Positions 26,739-39,634 of a stretch of DNA of 64,000 nt are shown here, piece after piece. The notes under the pieces are model-generated. The model was not told the origin of the DNA and did no database searches. It saw only the letters and a program-made list of their open reading frames with translations. Position numbers and translations under genes: made by a program. Source of the DNA: Gemmatimonadota bacterium (GTDB lineage: Bacteria > Gemmatimonadota > Gemmatimonadetes > Palauibacterales > Palauibacteraceae); the NCBI GenBank assembly GCA_046758745.1, contig JBHIAV010000002.1, forward strand, positions 49,441-113,440, read 5' to 3'. Position 1 is the stretch's first letter. Each line of letters begins with the position of its first letter.

Positions 26739-29039
26739 ATGAAGGGAATCGAGCGCGAACGGGTGGGGAAGCTGCCCGTGTGGGGCTGGGCCCTGACAAC
26801 GGCGCTCGCCGTGTGGGGACTGTACGTGCTGACGCTCGGTCCCACGACTGCCTTCTGGGACACCTCGGAGTACATTGCGACCGCGCACATCCTCGGGATG
26901 CCGCACCCGCCGGGGAACCCGCTCTTCGTGCTGCTTGGGCGTGTGTGGATCGTGATGCTCGAGTGGACGGGGCTCGACGTGGCCACGCGGGTGAACCTGC
27001 TCTCGGCGACGATGTCGGCAGCGGCTTCAGGGCTGTGGTTTCTCGCGGTGGTGCGGATCTGGTCACACTTTGCCGAGAGCCGTTGGATAAGCGTGACGGC
27101 GGGCCTGGTGAGCGTGCTGGTGGGGGCGACGGCGTTCACCGTGTGGTCGCAGTCGACCGTGAACGAGAAGGTGTACACGGTTTCGCTGCTCTTCGTCGCC
27201 CTGATCACGTACGTGGCGATGCTGTGGGAGGACTACAGCGAGAGCTGGCGGGGGGACCGGCTGGTAGTGCTTGGAGCGTTCCTGCTTGGACTGGGAGCGA
27301 CGAACCACCAGATGTCGCTCCTACCCGTGGGTGCGCTGCTCGTCTTCGTCGCATGGCACAGCTGGCGGACGCTGTTGCGGTGGCGGCTGCTGGGGGCAGC
27401 CGCGGTCGCGGCGGCGGTGGGGTTCTCGGTGCAGCTACTGTTCGTGCCGATCCGCTCGGCGCAGAACCCCGTGATCGACGAGGCGGACTCGGAGTGTCCG
27501 AGCCTCATAGAGGCGGTCACGCCCGCCCTCTACGAGACGGTCGACGGGAGCAAGAAGCTCGCCGTCAAATGCGAGGCGCTGGCGGCCTCGCTGGTGCGCG
27601 AGCAGTACGCCAAACCGCCTCTCTCGGACCGACAGGCACCCATCCCGGCGCAGGTGGCCAACTACCTCCAGTACTTCGACTGGCAGTGGGCGCGCACCCT
27701 GCTTCCCGCCCCCCGAGCCGTTGTGACCGGGCTCTTCGTGCTCCTCGGGCTGGTGGGCGTGTGGCGGCATGCGCGGGGCGATCCGGACAGCTTCGTGTAC
27801 TTCATCGTCCTGCTGGCCACCGTCACGGGGGGGCTGGTCTTCTACCTGAACTTCAAATACGGCTACTCGCTATACCCGGAGATCCCGGTGGACCTCCACG
27901 AGGTGAGAGAGCGCGATTACTTCTACGTCGTGAGCTTCAACCTGTGGGGGCTGTACGCCGGCATGGGTGCCGTGACGACCTGGATGTGGCTGGCCCGCTC
28001 GATTGAGAGAGCGACGCGCCGTCCCTCCTGGAGCGGTGGGAATGTCGCGATCGGTGCCTCGAGGGCCTCCCTGGCGTTGGCGACGCCCGTGCTGATCCCC
28101 GCGCTGATCCCACTGGTGCTGAACTTCGACCTGGCGGATCGGCGGGGAGACTATTCGGCGCGGGACTGGGCGTACAACCTGCTGGAATCGGTCGAGCCGT
28201 ACGCAATCCTCTTTACGAATGGTGACAACGACACTTTCCCGCTCTGGTACCTGCAGGAGGTGGAGGGCATCCGGCGGGACGTGACGGTGATCGTCCACTC
28301 CTATCTCGGCACGAAGTGGTACCCGAAGCAGCTGAGGGATCTCACGCGACCGTGCCCCGAAGGGGTCGATCCACTGGAGACGCCGAGCGTGATCGTCTGC
28401 CAGCGCCCCTTCGACGCAGAGGCGGCGGTGGGGCCCTACCGGGGCATGCGCGTGATGCCGCCCACCCGATCGATCTTAGCCATGACCGACGAAGAGATCG
28501 ACGCGCTGCAGGCTTTCGCCGTCGTTCCGCCCGATTTCCCGGGAGCCTCGTTTTCGCCGTCCCTCACGGTTTCGCTGCCCGAGAACCGGATCCTCACCCA
28601 TCCCGACCTCCTCGTCTTCCAGATCACCCGCCGGTCGCTCGGAGACCGGCCCGTGTACTTCGCCTCGACCGCGCCCCCCGTGTACCAGGTGTGGAATCTC
28701 GAGCCGCACCTCCTGCGCCAGGGTCTCGCGCACAAGCTCGTGGACGGTCTCCTCGAGTCCACGGCCGACACGGTGCAGCTGGGAGCCCAGTTCAACGTCC
28801 GCTGGATCGACAGGACCCGCACCGAGACGCTGCTGTGGGACGTCTTCCAGCTCGACTACCTCCTCGACTGGGAGATCTGGCCCGAGCCATCCACGCGGGC
28901 GAGCATCCCGGCGCAGTATTACCTGGCTCACATCGCCCTCGGCGAAGCGCATTCCCTGCGGGAGCGCCCTTCGGCGGCCGAGGAGAACTACGAGCGGGGC
29001 ACACGCCTGCTCGAGCTTTCCAACCGCGACGTGCCGTAG
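26739..29039 (+). CDS. DUF2723 / TMEM260-like GT-C glycosyltransferase
   Basis: 'FWDTSEYIA...PHPPGNPLF', many TM segments, 'HEVRERDYF', 'FTNGDNDTFPLWYLQEVEG'. Confidence 0.88.
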   Translation: MKGIERERVGKLPVWGWALTTALAVWGLYVLTLGPTTAFWDTSEYIATAHILGMPHPPGNPLFVLLGRVWIVMLEWTGLDVATRVNLLSATMSAAASGLWFLAVVRIWSHFAESRWISVTAGLVSVLVGATAFTVWSQSTVNEKVYTVSLLFVALITYVAMLWEDYSESWRGDRLVVLGAFLLGLGATNHQMSLLPVGALLVFVAWHSWRTLLRWRLLGAAAVAAAVGFSVQLLFVPIRSAQNPVIDEADSECPSLIEAVTPALYETVDGSKKLAVKCEALAASLVREQYAKPPLSDRQAPIPAQVANYLQYFDWQWARTLLPAPRAVVTGLFVLLGLVGVWRHARGDPDSFVYFIVLLATVTGGLVFYLNFKYGYSLYPEIPVDLHEVRERDYFYVVSFNLWGLYAGMGAVTTWMWLARSIERATRRPSWSGGNVAIGASRASLALATPVLIPALIPLVLNFDLADRRGDYSARDWAYNLLESVEPYAILFTNGDNDTFPLWYLQEVEGIRRDVTVIVHSYLGTKWYPKQLRDLTRPCPEGVDPLETPSVIVCQRPFDAEAAVGPYRGMRVMPPTRSILAMTDEEIDALQAFAVVPPDFPGASFSPSLTVSLPENRILTHPDLLVFQITRRSLGDRPVYFASTAPPVYQVWNLEPHLLRQGLAHKLVDGLLESTADTVQLGAQFNVRWIDRTRTETLLWDVFQLDYLLDWEIWPEPSTRASIPAQYYLAHIALGEAHSLRERPSAAEENYERGTRLLELSNRDVP

Positions 29040-29075
29040 GGCCGACGGGCCCACCGCCCCGACGGAACGCCCGGC

Positions 29076-29945
29076 CTACGGCTCGGCCAGGGACGTTCGC
29101 GTCGTCCCGGAACCCGACAGGGAAAGCGCCGGCGCCCCCGGCTGGGGAAGCTCGAACGCGAACTCCACCGTGCCGCGGCTGGCTAGGAACCGGCCGCGCG
29201 TAACGTCGAAGCGAACGAGCTGTTCGACGGAGCCCGAGACGCGGGCCGAGGGTCCAGAGGGATCACCCCGGCCGGCGACTAGGAGCTTCATCTTCGACCT
29301 CAGCTCGGCGACCCGTGAGCGCCCGAACGCCTGCACCCGTTCCAGGGTGGTCGTCCGCACGACCCGTATCCCTTCGGCGGCTTCGAGGCCGGGCACACCC
29401 ATAGCGGCGAGGGGAACGGTGTCGGACCAGCTCTCCCCCACAGCGACGGGGAGCTCCGGAAGTACGGGAAAGCCGACCCGCTGAAGCCAGCCCTCCAGTT
29501 GGGCCGGCTGCACCTGTGTCCCAGGATCAGGGCCCCCTCCTTCGACGCTTTGGGGCTCGATCCGGGCCACACGACCGGAGCGGGTGACGGCGAGTCGGAA
29601 GGGTGGGCTTCGCAGGCCCTCCAGCAACGGCGCCCCCGGGATCGGCGGCTCGCTGCTGAAGTGCAGCCGCGTGATCGCGGCCATGAAGAAAAGGGTGTCC
29701 GGAGTGACTTCCTCCGCCGTCTGCCGCAACGTGAGGCTGGTGCGGGTGGTCACGTGGCCTCCCAGCTCGGGCGGCAGATCGAGCGTCATGGTCCCCTCGT
29801 GCCGATACTCGAGCGACTCGCCCCGGGCTGCTTCGAGCCGCAGGTGAACCGGCCCCTCCTGCATGAGCATCGACGGCGGCCACCCGAGCAGGGCGAGCGC
29901 AGCTCGGCCTACGATGACGGCCGCAACGGCAGACGGCGTCGGCAC
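29076..29945 (-). CDS. Hypothetical exported beta-rich protein
   Basis: 289 aa, starts 1 nt after the cytochrome stop; 'LPELPVAVGESWS' motif. Confidence 0.6.
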   Translation of the reverse strand: MPTPSAVAAVIVGRAALALLGWPPSMLMQEGPVHLRLEAARGESLEYRHEGTMTLDLPPELGGHVTTRTSLTLRQTAEEVTPDTLFFMAAITRLHFSSEPPIPGAPLLEGLRSPPFRLAVTRSGRVARIEPQSVEGGGPDPGTQVQPAQLEGWLQRVGFPVLPELPVAVGESWSDTVPLAAMGVPGLEAAEGIRVVRTTTLERVQAFGRSRVAELRSKMKLLVAGRGDPSGPSARVSGSVEQLVRFDVTRGRFLASRGTVEFAFELPQPGAPALSLSGSGTTRTSLAEP

Positions 29946-29946
29946 G

Positions 29947-31266
29947 CTACCGCCCCAGAACGAGCGTGTCGTCGAAGATCGCGAACGGACTCTCCAGGCT
30001 GCGCCGGTGCGCCGCTCGGATGAGGACGCGCGCGCTATCAGTCAGCGATCCTGCCAGGAGCTTTCGGAACTCTCCCTCGTAAAAGGCATCCGGCCTCACC
30101 TCTACGGTTCCGTGGGCGAGGGTGGCCTCGGGGTTCGACAGCGAGATTCGGACGGCGAGGCTGCTGTCGGGCGGAAGGCGGGTGTCGGAGAACTCGACCC
30201 AGGTGCCTCCCTGAAGGGCGACCCGACGAGCGATGGTGGACTCGGCCGTCGCCCCGTCGATGGGCCTCCCCGCTCCGTCGAGAAGCTCCACCCGGACCAC
30301 GACCTCGGGCGTCACGTAGGTTGGGAACCGGTGCCCGGTGCCAGAATTGGTGACCCGGAGCGCTAGCTCTCGCCCGGCCGCCCCGGCCTCGTATGGTCCG
30401 ACCCAATCGATCGTCAGCCCCGACCGTACCATCTGCGGGTCGTGGATGCCCCGCCACACGTGGCGACGGTCGGGCATGTGGCAGCTCTGGCAGATCACTC
30501 CCTGCAGCCCATACCGACTCTCCCGCCACTCGACATAGGTGTTCTCGAGCGGCTTGCCGTTGGGAGCCGGTGCTCCCACTTCGAACTGGTGACAGCCCAT
30601 GCAGAAGCGAGCGTCCTCGAAGAAGGTTGTTCGGTTCACTCCCCCATGAGGCGAGCCGGGTGGAGAGGGATCCAGGCCGCCGCCGCGTCTGGGCGGTCCG
30701 TACCGCTTCCAGCCGCGGACGTGGCACGCGGCGCACACGAGTCCTTGGTCCCGAAGCGCCGGGTCGTAGCCCGGGTTCAGCCCGAAGCCGCCGCCCGGGA
30801 GGAGAAGCCTCTCGCTCTGCTCGGAGAGAGGCGCGTGGCAGACGAGGCAGGACGCGACGAAGGCGAAGTTGGTCTCTTCCTGGCTCACCAGCTGTCCGGC
30901 GAAGCCGGGGGAGAAGGCGGCCGCGTGGATGGTGGTGCGCCAGTCTTCGTACTGCTGCACATGGCAAGTGCCGCAGGCGGACGGCTCGAGCGAGTTCTCG
31001 AGCGGCGACAGACCCTCCGGCGGCGGGCCCTGTGCCGGGATGGGCCGCCGCCAGTAGCCCGCGAGAAACTCGGGAAGGACATCGAAGGTGCGCGAGTCCG
31101 CTGCCGGCGTCGCCAGGGGGAGGGACGCGGCACCGGCGGATGTCCTCTCCTCCGACGGGCCGCACGCCACTGCCACGGAGAGCCCCGCCGGCGCCAGGGA
31201 GCGAAAAAGCCCGACCGCGAGCGGCCGGGCTTTCTCCGTAAGGTGGTGGAGCGCGAGCCGGCTCAC
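29947..31266 (-). CDS. Pentaheme c-type cytochrome (c554-like family)
   Basis: Five CxxCH motifs (CGTCH, CLVCH, CAACH, CMGCH, CQSCH) and 'GHRFPT'. Start is approximate; the ORF-track extension to 31467 is an out-of-frame reading of the NPC repeat. Confidence 0.85.
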   Translation of the reverse strand: MSRLALHHLTEKARPLAVGLFRSLAPAGLSVAVACGPSEERTSAGAASLPLATPAADSRTFDVLPEFLAGYWRRPIPAQGPPPEGLSPLENSLEPSACGTCHVQQYEDWRTTIHAAAFSPGFAGQLVSQEETNFAFVASCLVCHAPLSEQSERLLLPGGGFGLNPGYDPALRDQGLVCAACHVRGWKRYGPPRRGGGLDPSPPGSPHGGVNRTTFFEDARFCMGCHQFEVGAPAPNGKPLENTYVEWRESRYGLQGVICQSCHMPDRRHVWRGIHDPQMVRSGLTIDWVGPYEAGAAGRELALRVTNSGTGHRFPTYVTPEVVVRVELLDGAGRPIDGATAESTIARRVALQGGTWVEFSDTRLPPDSSLAVRISLSNPEATLAHGTVEVRPDAFYEGEFRKLLAGSLTDSARVLIRAAHRRSLESPFAIFDDTLVLGR

Positions 31267-31297
31267 CCGCCCGCTCGCGCCGCCGCGTGTCGGCCGA

Positions 31298-31615
31298 TCA
31301 GCTCCCGCTCGCGCAGGGATTCGCTGCGCAGGGATTCGCCGCGCAGGGGTTGGCCGCGCAGGGATTCGCCGCGCAGGGGTTGGCCGCGCAGGGGTTGGCC
31401 GCGCAGGGGTTGGCCGCGCAGGGGTTGGCCGCGCACGGATTGGCCGCCATCGTGTCCTGAGCGGCACACGGATTGGCGGCGCAGGGGTTCACGGCCGCCG
31501 CGCACGGATTGGCCGCCTCCCCCGCCGTGTCCGCCGACTCGCCGGCTCCCCCGCACGCGGCGAGCATGAACGCGGCGAGAGGGGCGACCCAGGCGGCGCG
31601 AAGCGCTTTCACCAT
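31298..31615 (-). CDS. Small lipoprotein with 12 Asn-Pro-Cys repeats (9 tandem AANPC)
   Basis: GGAGG RBS, LAAC lipobox, synonymous variation between the 15-bp repeat units. Confidence 0.85.
   Translation of the reverse strand: MVKALRAAWVAPLAAFMLAACGGAGESADTAGEAANPCAAAVNPCAANPCAAQDTMAANPCAANPCAANPCAANPCAANPCAANPCAANPCAANPCAANPCASGS
31310..31447 (-). repeat. 15-bp tandem repeat encoding AANPC (9 copies)
   Basis: Units such as GCCAACCCCTGCGCG, GCGAATCCCTGCGCG and GCCAATCCGTGCGCG. Confidence 0.92.
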
Positions 31616-31684
31616 AATGCCTCCATTGGAATGAGTGGGAACTCCCGGGCCGTGCAGCCGGGGTTCTCGAACTGGCCGAGGTCT

Positions 31685-31712
31685 AAAAAAAGACCGCTGA
31701 ACTCCCAGCGGT
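31685..31712 (-). terminator. Intrinsic terminator
   Basis: Minus strand ACCGCTG-ggagtt-CAGCGGT-C-TTTTTTT. Confidence 0.8.
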
Positions 31713-31757
31713 GGGGAACGCGACCGTCATGCCTCAGGAGATAACCATCAATCTATA

Positions 31758-31785
31758 AATATGCCACCGATCCGCCGCGCGTCAA
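31758..31785 (-). promoter_or_regulatory. Putative sigma70 promoter
   Basis: TTGACG, 16-nt spacer ending in TGG, then CATATT, in an AT-rich patch. Confidence 0.5.
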
Positions 31786-31828
31786 CTCGGGCGTCGGGTC
31801 GAGGCGCCGCACAGATGAACCCGTATCC

Positions 31829-35092
<3,264 letters not shown>

Positions 35093-35096
35093 GCTC

Positions 35097-36833
35097 CTAC
35101 CAGCCCCCGATCATCCGCCTCACTGCGTAGCGGGGCCTGATGTCCACCGGCACCACGGACAGCCGCTCGAGTGCGGCCGCCATCTCAGGCGACATGCTCC
35201 CGTACCTCTCCATGAAGGCCCCGGCTCCCTCGTAGTCGCCCGTGGCCTCGAGCATCAGGTAGCGTCCGGCCAGGTCCGCCATCGCGGACGGCATCCTTTC
35301 GAGGTTCGCCGCGAAGCGTCCAGTCCCCGCGTCGTATGTGATGGCGCCCGACTCGCGCAGGAAGTTGAACTGGGTGAGGCAGCCGAGGCCGTGCGCCTCG
35401 GTGAACCCGAAGCGCACGCAGCGGAACATGTCCGCCACGTGGTCGATGTAGACTTCCTCCTGGAACTCGCGGTCGTACACGCCGCGCTCGGTCAGAACCC
35501 GGAGACTGTGCGTGCCGGCCGCGTCCGCTTTGGCCTCCTCGATGGCCGAGTAACGCTCCCTCAGCCCCTTGTTCACCGTTAGCTCCGGCTGGCCGGTCAC
35601 GTAGTCGGGGCCCAGCCCGTGCGCGAGCTCGTGCATGAGGACGCGGGTGAAGTAGGGCTGGAAGGCGATTCGTGCGGCCTGTTCCCGCGCGAGAGTCGTG
35701 GCCGCGATCGGCTTGAGGATCTTCTCGAACTTCGCCCGGATCACGTTGCGCAGCATTACCTTCTTGGAGCCTTCCCGCTCGCGCACCCGCGGATCGTTCG
35801 GGAGATTGTAGGCGATGGTCTGGATCCCCGACCGGGTGTCACCGGCCGCGTAGATCTCGTCCACCACGGTTATGGGCGAGCTGAAGGCCCGGTCCAGGTA
35901 CTTGTGCTCGTCAGGAATCGGGAGGGCGCGCTCCAGGTCGGGGAGGTACCCAACCAGCTCCTGGAGCTTCGCGCTTGCCGCCGGGTCGCGCAGCGAGATG
36001 AATGCCTCGAACGCGGCTTTGTAGCCGAACAGATTGTCCTCGTACACCTCGTACGGGCCGATCGTCGGGTCGATGAGGTTGTCCGCCAGTCGCATCCAAG
36101 CGACTTCGCTGTCAAAGTAATCGTCCGACAGGAGGGACTCCGCCCGCAGCTCGAGGAAGCGCTTCAGGGATGCGTTGTCGGCGAGCGCCGCGGCCTCGCG
36201 GAGAAGCACCGCCGCCGGCTCGAGGTACTCCCGGTAGGCCTCGGAGTATGGGATCGCCCGCAGGGCGTCTCCGTCTCGTCGGATCACCGTGTAGTAGGAG
36301 ACGAATGCGTCGCGATCCTCCGGATGCGCCTCAAGCCACGCCTCGAACTCTTCTCTGGTCAGGTTCTCCGGGTAGTATCCGGCGCCCGCTGGCTTGGGCG
36401 GCACGCGCAGGAAGGGCGCGTCTTCCTCGAGCCGGTCCCACGGCCCGTACATGATGTCGAAGTACTGGAGCGCCTCGGACACGCCGGGATCGTCGCGGCT
36501 TCCGGCGAGCGCGGCCCTGATCTGCGGGTTCTGCGTCCACACCTGCTCCAAGAAGACTCGGTCGAGATAGTCGGCCGCCTCGATGAGCCGGCGAACCACC
36601 CCTTTCTGCCGAGCGTCGAGCAGCGTGCTGTCGAAGGTGAGGGTGACGGGGGCGAACTGCTTGAGGCGGTCCGAGAGGCCGGGAACTCCACCCGCGGCCA
36701 CGGAGTTCACGATACCGGCCGCATCGGCCCGCGCTTCGTCTGTCCTATCGGTACCCGAACTGCACCGGGCGAGGGCCGCCACGAGACCGATCGCTCCGGC
36801 AAGGCGAAGCGCTCCGTGTCTCAGCGCATGCAC
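35097..36833 (-). CDS. Peptidase M49 (DPP III / NUDT3-like) exported protein
   Basis: [38 protein letters not shown]. Confidence 0.87.
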   Translation of the reverse strand: MHALRHGALRLAGAIGLVAALARCSSGTDRTDEARADAAGIVNSVAAGGVPGLSDRLKQFAPVTLTFDSTLLDARQKGVVRRLIEAADYLDRVFLEQVWTQNPQIRAALAGSRDDPGVSEALQYFDIMYGPWDRLEEDAPFLRVPPKPAGAGYYPENLTREEFEAWLEAHPEDRDAFVSYYTVIRRDGDALRAIPYSEAYREYLEPAAVLLREAAALADNASLKRFLELRAESLLSDDYFDSEVAWMRLADNLIDPTIGPYEVYEDNLFGYKAAFEAFISLRDPAASAKLQELVGYLPDLERALPIPDEHKYLDRAFSSPITVVDEIYAAGDTRSGIQTIAYNLPNDPRVREREGSKKVMLRNVIRAKFEKILKPIAATTLAREQAARIAFQPYFTRVLMHELAHGLGPDYVTGQPELTVNKGLRERYSAIEEAKADAAGTHSLRVLTERGVYDREFQEEVYIDHVADMFRCVRFGFTEAHGLGCLTQFNFLRESGAITYDAGTGRFAANLERMPSAMADLAGRYLMLEATGDYEGAGAFMERYGSMSPEMAAALERLSVVPVDIRPRYAVRRMIGGW

Positions 36834-36900
36834 CGTTTCACCTCCCGACCGCTCTACGCCACATCGCCGAGGTCAACGCAGGTCCGGACGTCCCCCCCTC

Positions 36901-37452
36901 TCAGCGAAGGAGCACGGAGACGTCGGCGATGATCCACACCGGCACCGGCGATCCGGCCAGGCGGGCCGGTCGATACCGGAGCTCCGTCGCCGCCTGGAGC
37001 GCCGCGCGGTCGAACTCGTCGTGCCCCGATGTCGTGTGCAGCACGGCCCCGGCCACTCCGCCGTCGGGACCGATCAGCACCCATATGAGCGCGCTCGTGT
37101 CCGGCGGTAAACGCCGCTCCGTCAGGACGGGAACCAACCGCTCCGAAAGGAGATCCGAGAGCCACTCTCCGGGGAGAAGGACCGGGCTCTCATCATACGG
37201 CGTGCTGATCGGACCGCTGGCCGTCAGCGCCTCGAGGCTCGGTGCGCCGACGGCTGGGGTACCGACACCAGGAGCACGGGAGGAGTCGGCCGGGATCCCG
37301 GCCGGCGGCTCCGGCACGGGGCCCGCCGCGCCGCCGACACACCCGGCGAACAGGAGACAGGGCGCGATCAGCCCGCTTCCGACGTGCCCGAATCCCGTTT
37401 GCGGCGTTCCTTTCGGACGGCGGTGGTCACGAAAAGGGCGAAGCCGCCCCAC
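36901..37452 (-). CDS. TonB C-terminal domain protein (start uncertain)
   Basis: Pro-rich linker, then 'WVLIGPDGGV...TSGHDEFDRAALQAA..RYRPA...PVPVW'. Confidence 0.7.
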   Translation of the reverse strand: MGRLRPFRDHRRPKGTPQTGFGHVGSGLIAPCLLFAGCVGGAAGPVPEPPAGIPADSSRAPGVGTPAVGAPSLEALTASGPISTPYDESPVLLPGEWLSDLLSERLVPVLTERRLPPDTSALIWVLIGPDGGVAGAVLHTTSGHDEFDRAALQAATELRYRPARLAGSPVPVWIIADVSVLLR

Positions 37453-37499
37453 ACGAAAGACACCACCACCACCATGATCGCGATCCCCGTCGCCGTCAG
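37368..37499 (-). CDS. MetS-like NSS-transporter small subunit (43 aa, CTG start), not in the ORF track
   Basis: AGGAGG 5 nt before CTG; MTATGIAIMVVVVSFVWGGFALFVTTAVRKERRK..., a single TM with WGG followed by a basic tail. Confidence 0.68.
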   Translation of the reverse strand: MTATGIAIMVVVVSFVWGGFALFVTTAVRKERRKRDSGTSEAG

Positions 37500-37633
37500 T
37501 GTGGCCTCCTGGTGTCGAATTCCGGAACGAGCGCGAATCTAACCGTCTCCGCCGGAGGTCGCACGCCCGATCCCGGTCCGCGCCCTACGTATCGGCAAGA
37601 GCGCGCGAAGGGACGCCCACAGCCGACCGATGC

Positions 37634-39010
37634 TCAGACGACAGGGGCGAACCGCGCCGTGAAGTGGCGGAGGAAGGGCGGCTGGTAGGTGATCCGATAG
37701 CCCCGAAGCTCGTCTCGGCGCTCGTGGACTCGGAGAATCGCCTCGACCACGTAGTCGATCTGGCTCTTGGTGTACACGCGCCGGGGGATCGCCAGACGCA
37801 GGAGCTCGTGCGGCGCCTGTCTCGGCTCGCCCGTGAGAGGATCCGTCGTTCCGAACATCACGCTGCCGATCTCCACCGATCGAATGCCCGCCTCACGGTA
37901 CAGCTCCACCGCGATCGATATTCCCGGAAACTCCAGCGGAGCGATGTGGGGGCAGAAGGCAGCGGCGTCGATGTAGACGGCGTGGCCTCCCGGGGGTTGG
38001 ACGATCGGCACCCCCTGCTCGGCGATGTGCGCTCCCAGGTAGGCGATCGACGCGATGCGGTACCTCAGGTAGTCTGCATCGAGTGCCTCGTGGAGTCCGA
38101 TCGCCACCGCCTCGAGGTCACGGCCGGCCAAGCCGCCGTACGTCGGGAAGCCCTCCGTGAGGATGAGGAGATCACGCTCCTGCTCGGCGAGTTGGGCGTC
38201 GTTCGTCGCCAGGAAACCGCCGATGTTGGCCATCCCGTCCTTCTTGGCGGACATCGTGCAACCGTCCGCGTAGGAAAAGATCTCGCGAGCGATCTCGACG
38301 AGCGGGCGGTCCCGGTATCCGTCTTCCCGTTGCTGGATGAAGTAGGCGTTCTCGGCGAAGCGGCAGGCGTCGATATACAGAGGGATCGCGTGCCTCCGGC
38401 ACGCCTCGGAGACGGCTCGGATGTTCGCCATCGATACGGGCTGTCCGCCCCCGGAGTTGTTGGTGATCGTCAGCATGACGAGAGGGATCCGCCGCTGGCC
38501 GGCTCCGGCGATCGTCTGCTCCAGCGCCTCCACGTCCATGTTCCCCTTGAAGGGGTGCTCGGCGCTCAGGTCGAGCGATTCCACGCAGGGGAGGTCGACC
38601 GCTTCTGCGCCGGCGAACTCGATGTTCGCGCGCGTCGTGTCGAAGTGCGTGTTGTTGGGCACGAGGTCACCCGGCCGGCAAACGGTGCCGAACAGGATCC
38701 GCTCGGCCGCGCGTCCCTGGTGTGTCGGGATTACGTGCTCGAAGCCGAAGATCTCGCGGACAGCCCGCTCGAACCGGTAGAAGCTACCGCTTCCAGCGTA
38801 AGACTCGTCGCCATGCATAACGCCGGCCCACTGGTCCGCGCTCATGGCGCCCGTTCCGCTGTCGGTCAGGAGGTCGATGAGGACGTCACGGGCGTGAAGG
38901 CGGAACAGGTTGTATCCGGCCTCCGCCACGAGACGCTCGCGCTCCTCCCGGGCGGTCATCCGGATCGGCTCGACGACCTTGATCCGGAACGGCTCGATGA
39001 TCCTGGGCAT
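37634..39010 (-). CDS. tnaA: Tryptophanase (beta-eliminating lyase)
   Basis: EPFRIKVVEPI, IDLLTDSGT, THQGRAAE, MSAKKD (PLP lysine; TPL typically has SGKK), EGFPTYGG, RLAIPRRVY. Confidence 0.88.
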   Translation of the reverse strand: MPRIIEPFRIKVVEPIRMTAREERERLVAEAGYNLFRLHARDVLIDLLTDSGTGAMSADQWAGVMHGDESYAGSGSFYRFERAVREIFGFEHVIPTHQGRAAERILFGTVCRPGDLVPNNTHFDTTRANIEFAGAEAVDLPCVESLDLSAEHPFKGNMDVEALEQTIAGAGQRRIPLVMLTITNNSGGGQPVSMANIRAVSEACRRHAIPLYIDACRFAENAYFIQQREDGYRDRPLVEIAREIFSYADGCTMSAKKDGMANIGGFLATNDAQLAEQERDLLILTEGFPTYGGLAGRDLEAVAIGLHEALDADYLRYRIASIAYLGAHIAEQGVPIVQPPGGHAVYIDAAAFCPHIAPLEFPGISIAVELYREAGIRSVEIGSVMFGTTDPLTGEPRQAPHELLRLAIPRRVYTKSQIDYVVEAILRVHERRDELRGYRITYQPPFLRHFTARFAPVV

Positions 39011-39018
39011 ACCTGGGC

Positions 39019-39606
39019 TCAGCCGCGCCCCTCGAGCCCCAGCCGATCCGCGATGCCGCGCATCGCTTCGATGACGAACGCGATGTGCTCGGTCAGCTCG
39101 ACCCCGAGCGCCTCCGTCTCACGACGGATCGCCTCTCGGTCCACAGCTGCGGCGAACGACCTGTCCTTCATCTTCTTCTTGACGGACTTCGGTCCCAGGT
39201 CGGTGACACCGTTCGGACGGACGAGGGAGCAGGCGGTGATGAAGCCGGTGAGCTCATCGACCGCCCGCAGGGTCCTCTCCATTCGGGTCTGAGGCTCGAC
39301 GCCGGTGTAGTCTGCGTGCGCGAGGATCGCCCGGCACATCTCCTCGGGGTAGCCGCGCTCACGTAGCAGACGGACACCCTCCGAGGGGTGCTCAGTGTCC
39401 GGAAGGTGCCCCTCGTTCGGCCACCGCTCATAGTCGAAGTCGTGAATCAGCCCGGTGACGCCCCATAGCTCCGGGTCTTCGCCGAACTTCTCGGCATACG
39501 CGCGCATGGCGGCCTCCACCGCGTACATGTGCCGACGGAGGTTCTCGTTGCGCGTGTACTCCTGCATGAGCGCCAGGACCTCTTGCCGGTCCGGAACCGC
39601 AGGCAT
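39019..39606 (-). CDS. HD-domain hydrolase
   Basis: LRRHMYAVEAAMR, GLIHDFDYE, DELTGFI, FAAAVDR. Confidence 0.85.
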   Translation of the reverse strand: MPAVPDRQEVLALMQEYTRNENLRRHMYAVEAAMRAYAEKFGEDPELWGVTGLIHDFDYERWPNEGHLPDTEHPSEGVRLLRERGYPEEMCRAILAHADYTGVEPQTRMERTLRAVDELTGFITACSLVRPNGVTDLGPKSVKKKMKDRSFAAAVDREAIRRETEALGVELTEHIAFVIEAMRGIADRLGLEGRG

Positions 39607-39634
39607 CCCGCCTCCTGACTGTGGGTTCGGGTGA

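Noticed and set aside
31263-31744. PARPT / RGQPL / RAGVG repeat ORFs
   Set aside because: Shadow frames of the AANPC repeat; only the NPC frame has an RBS, a lipobox and purely synonymous variation.
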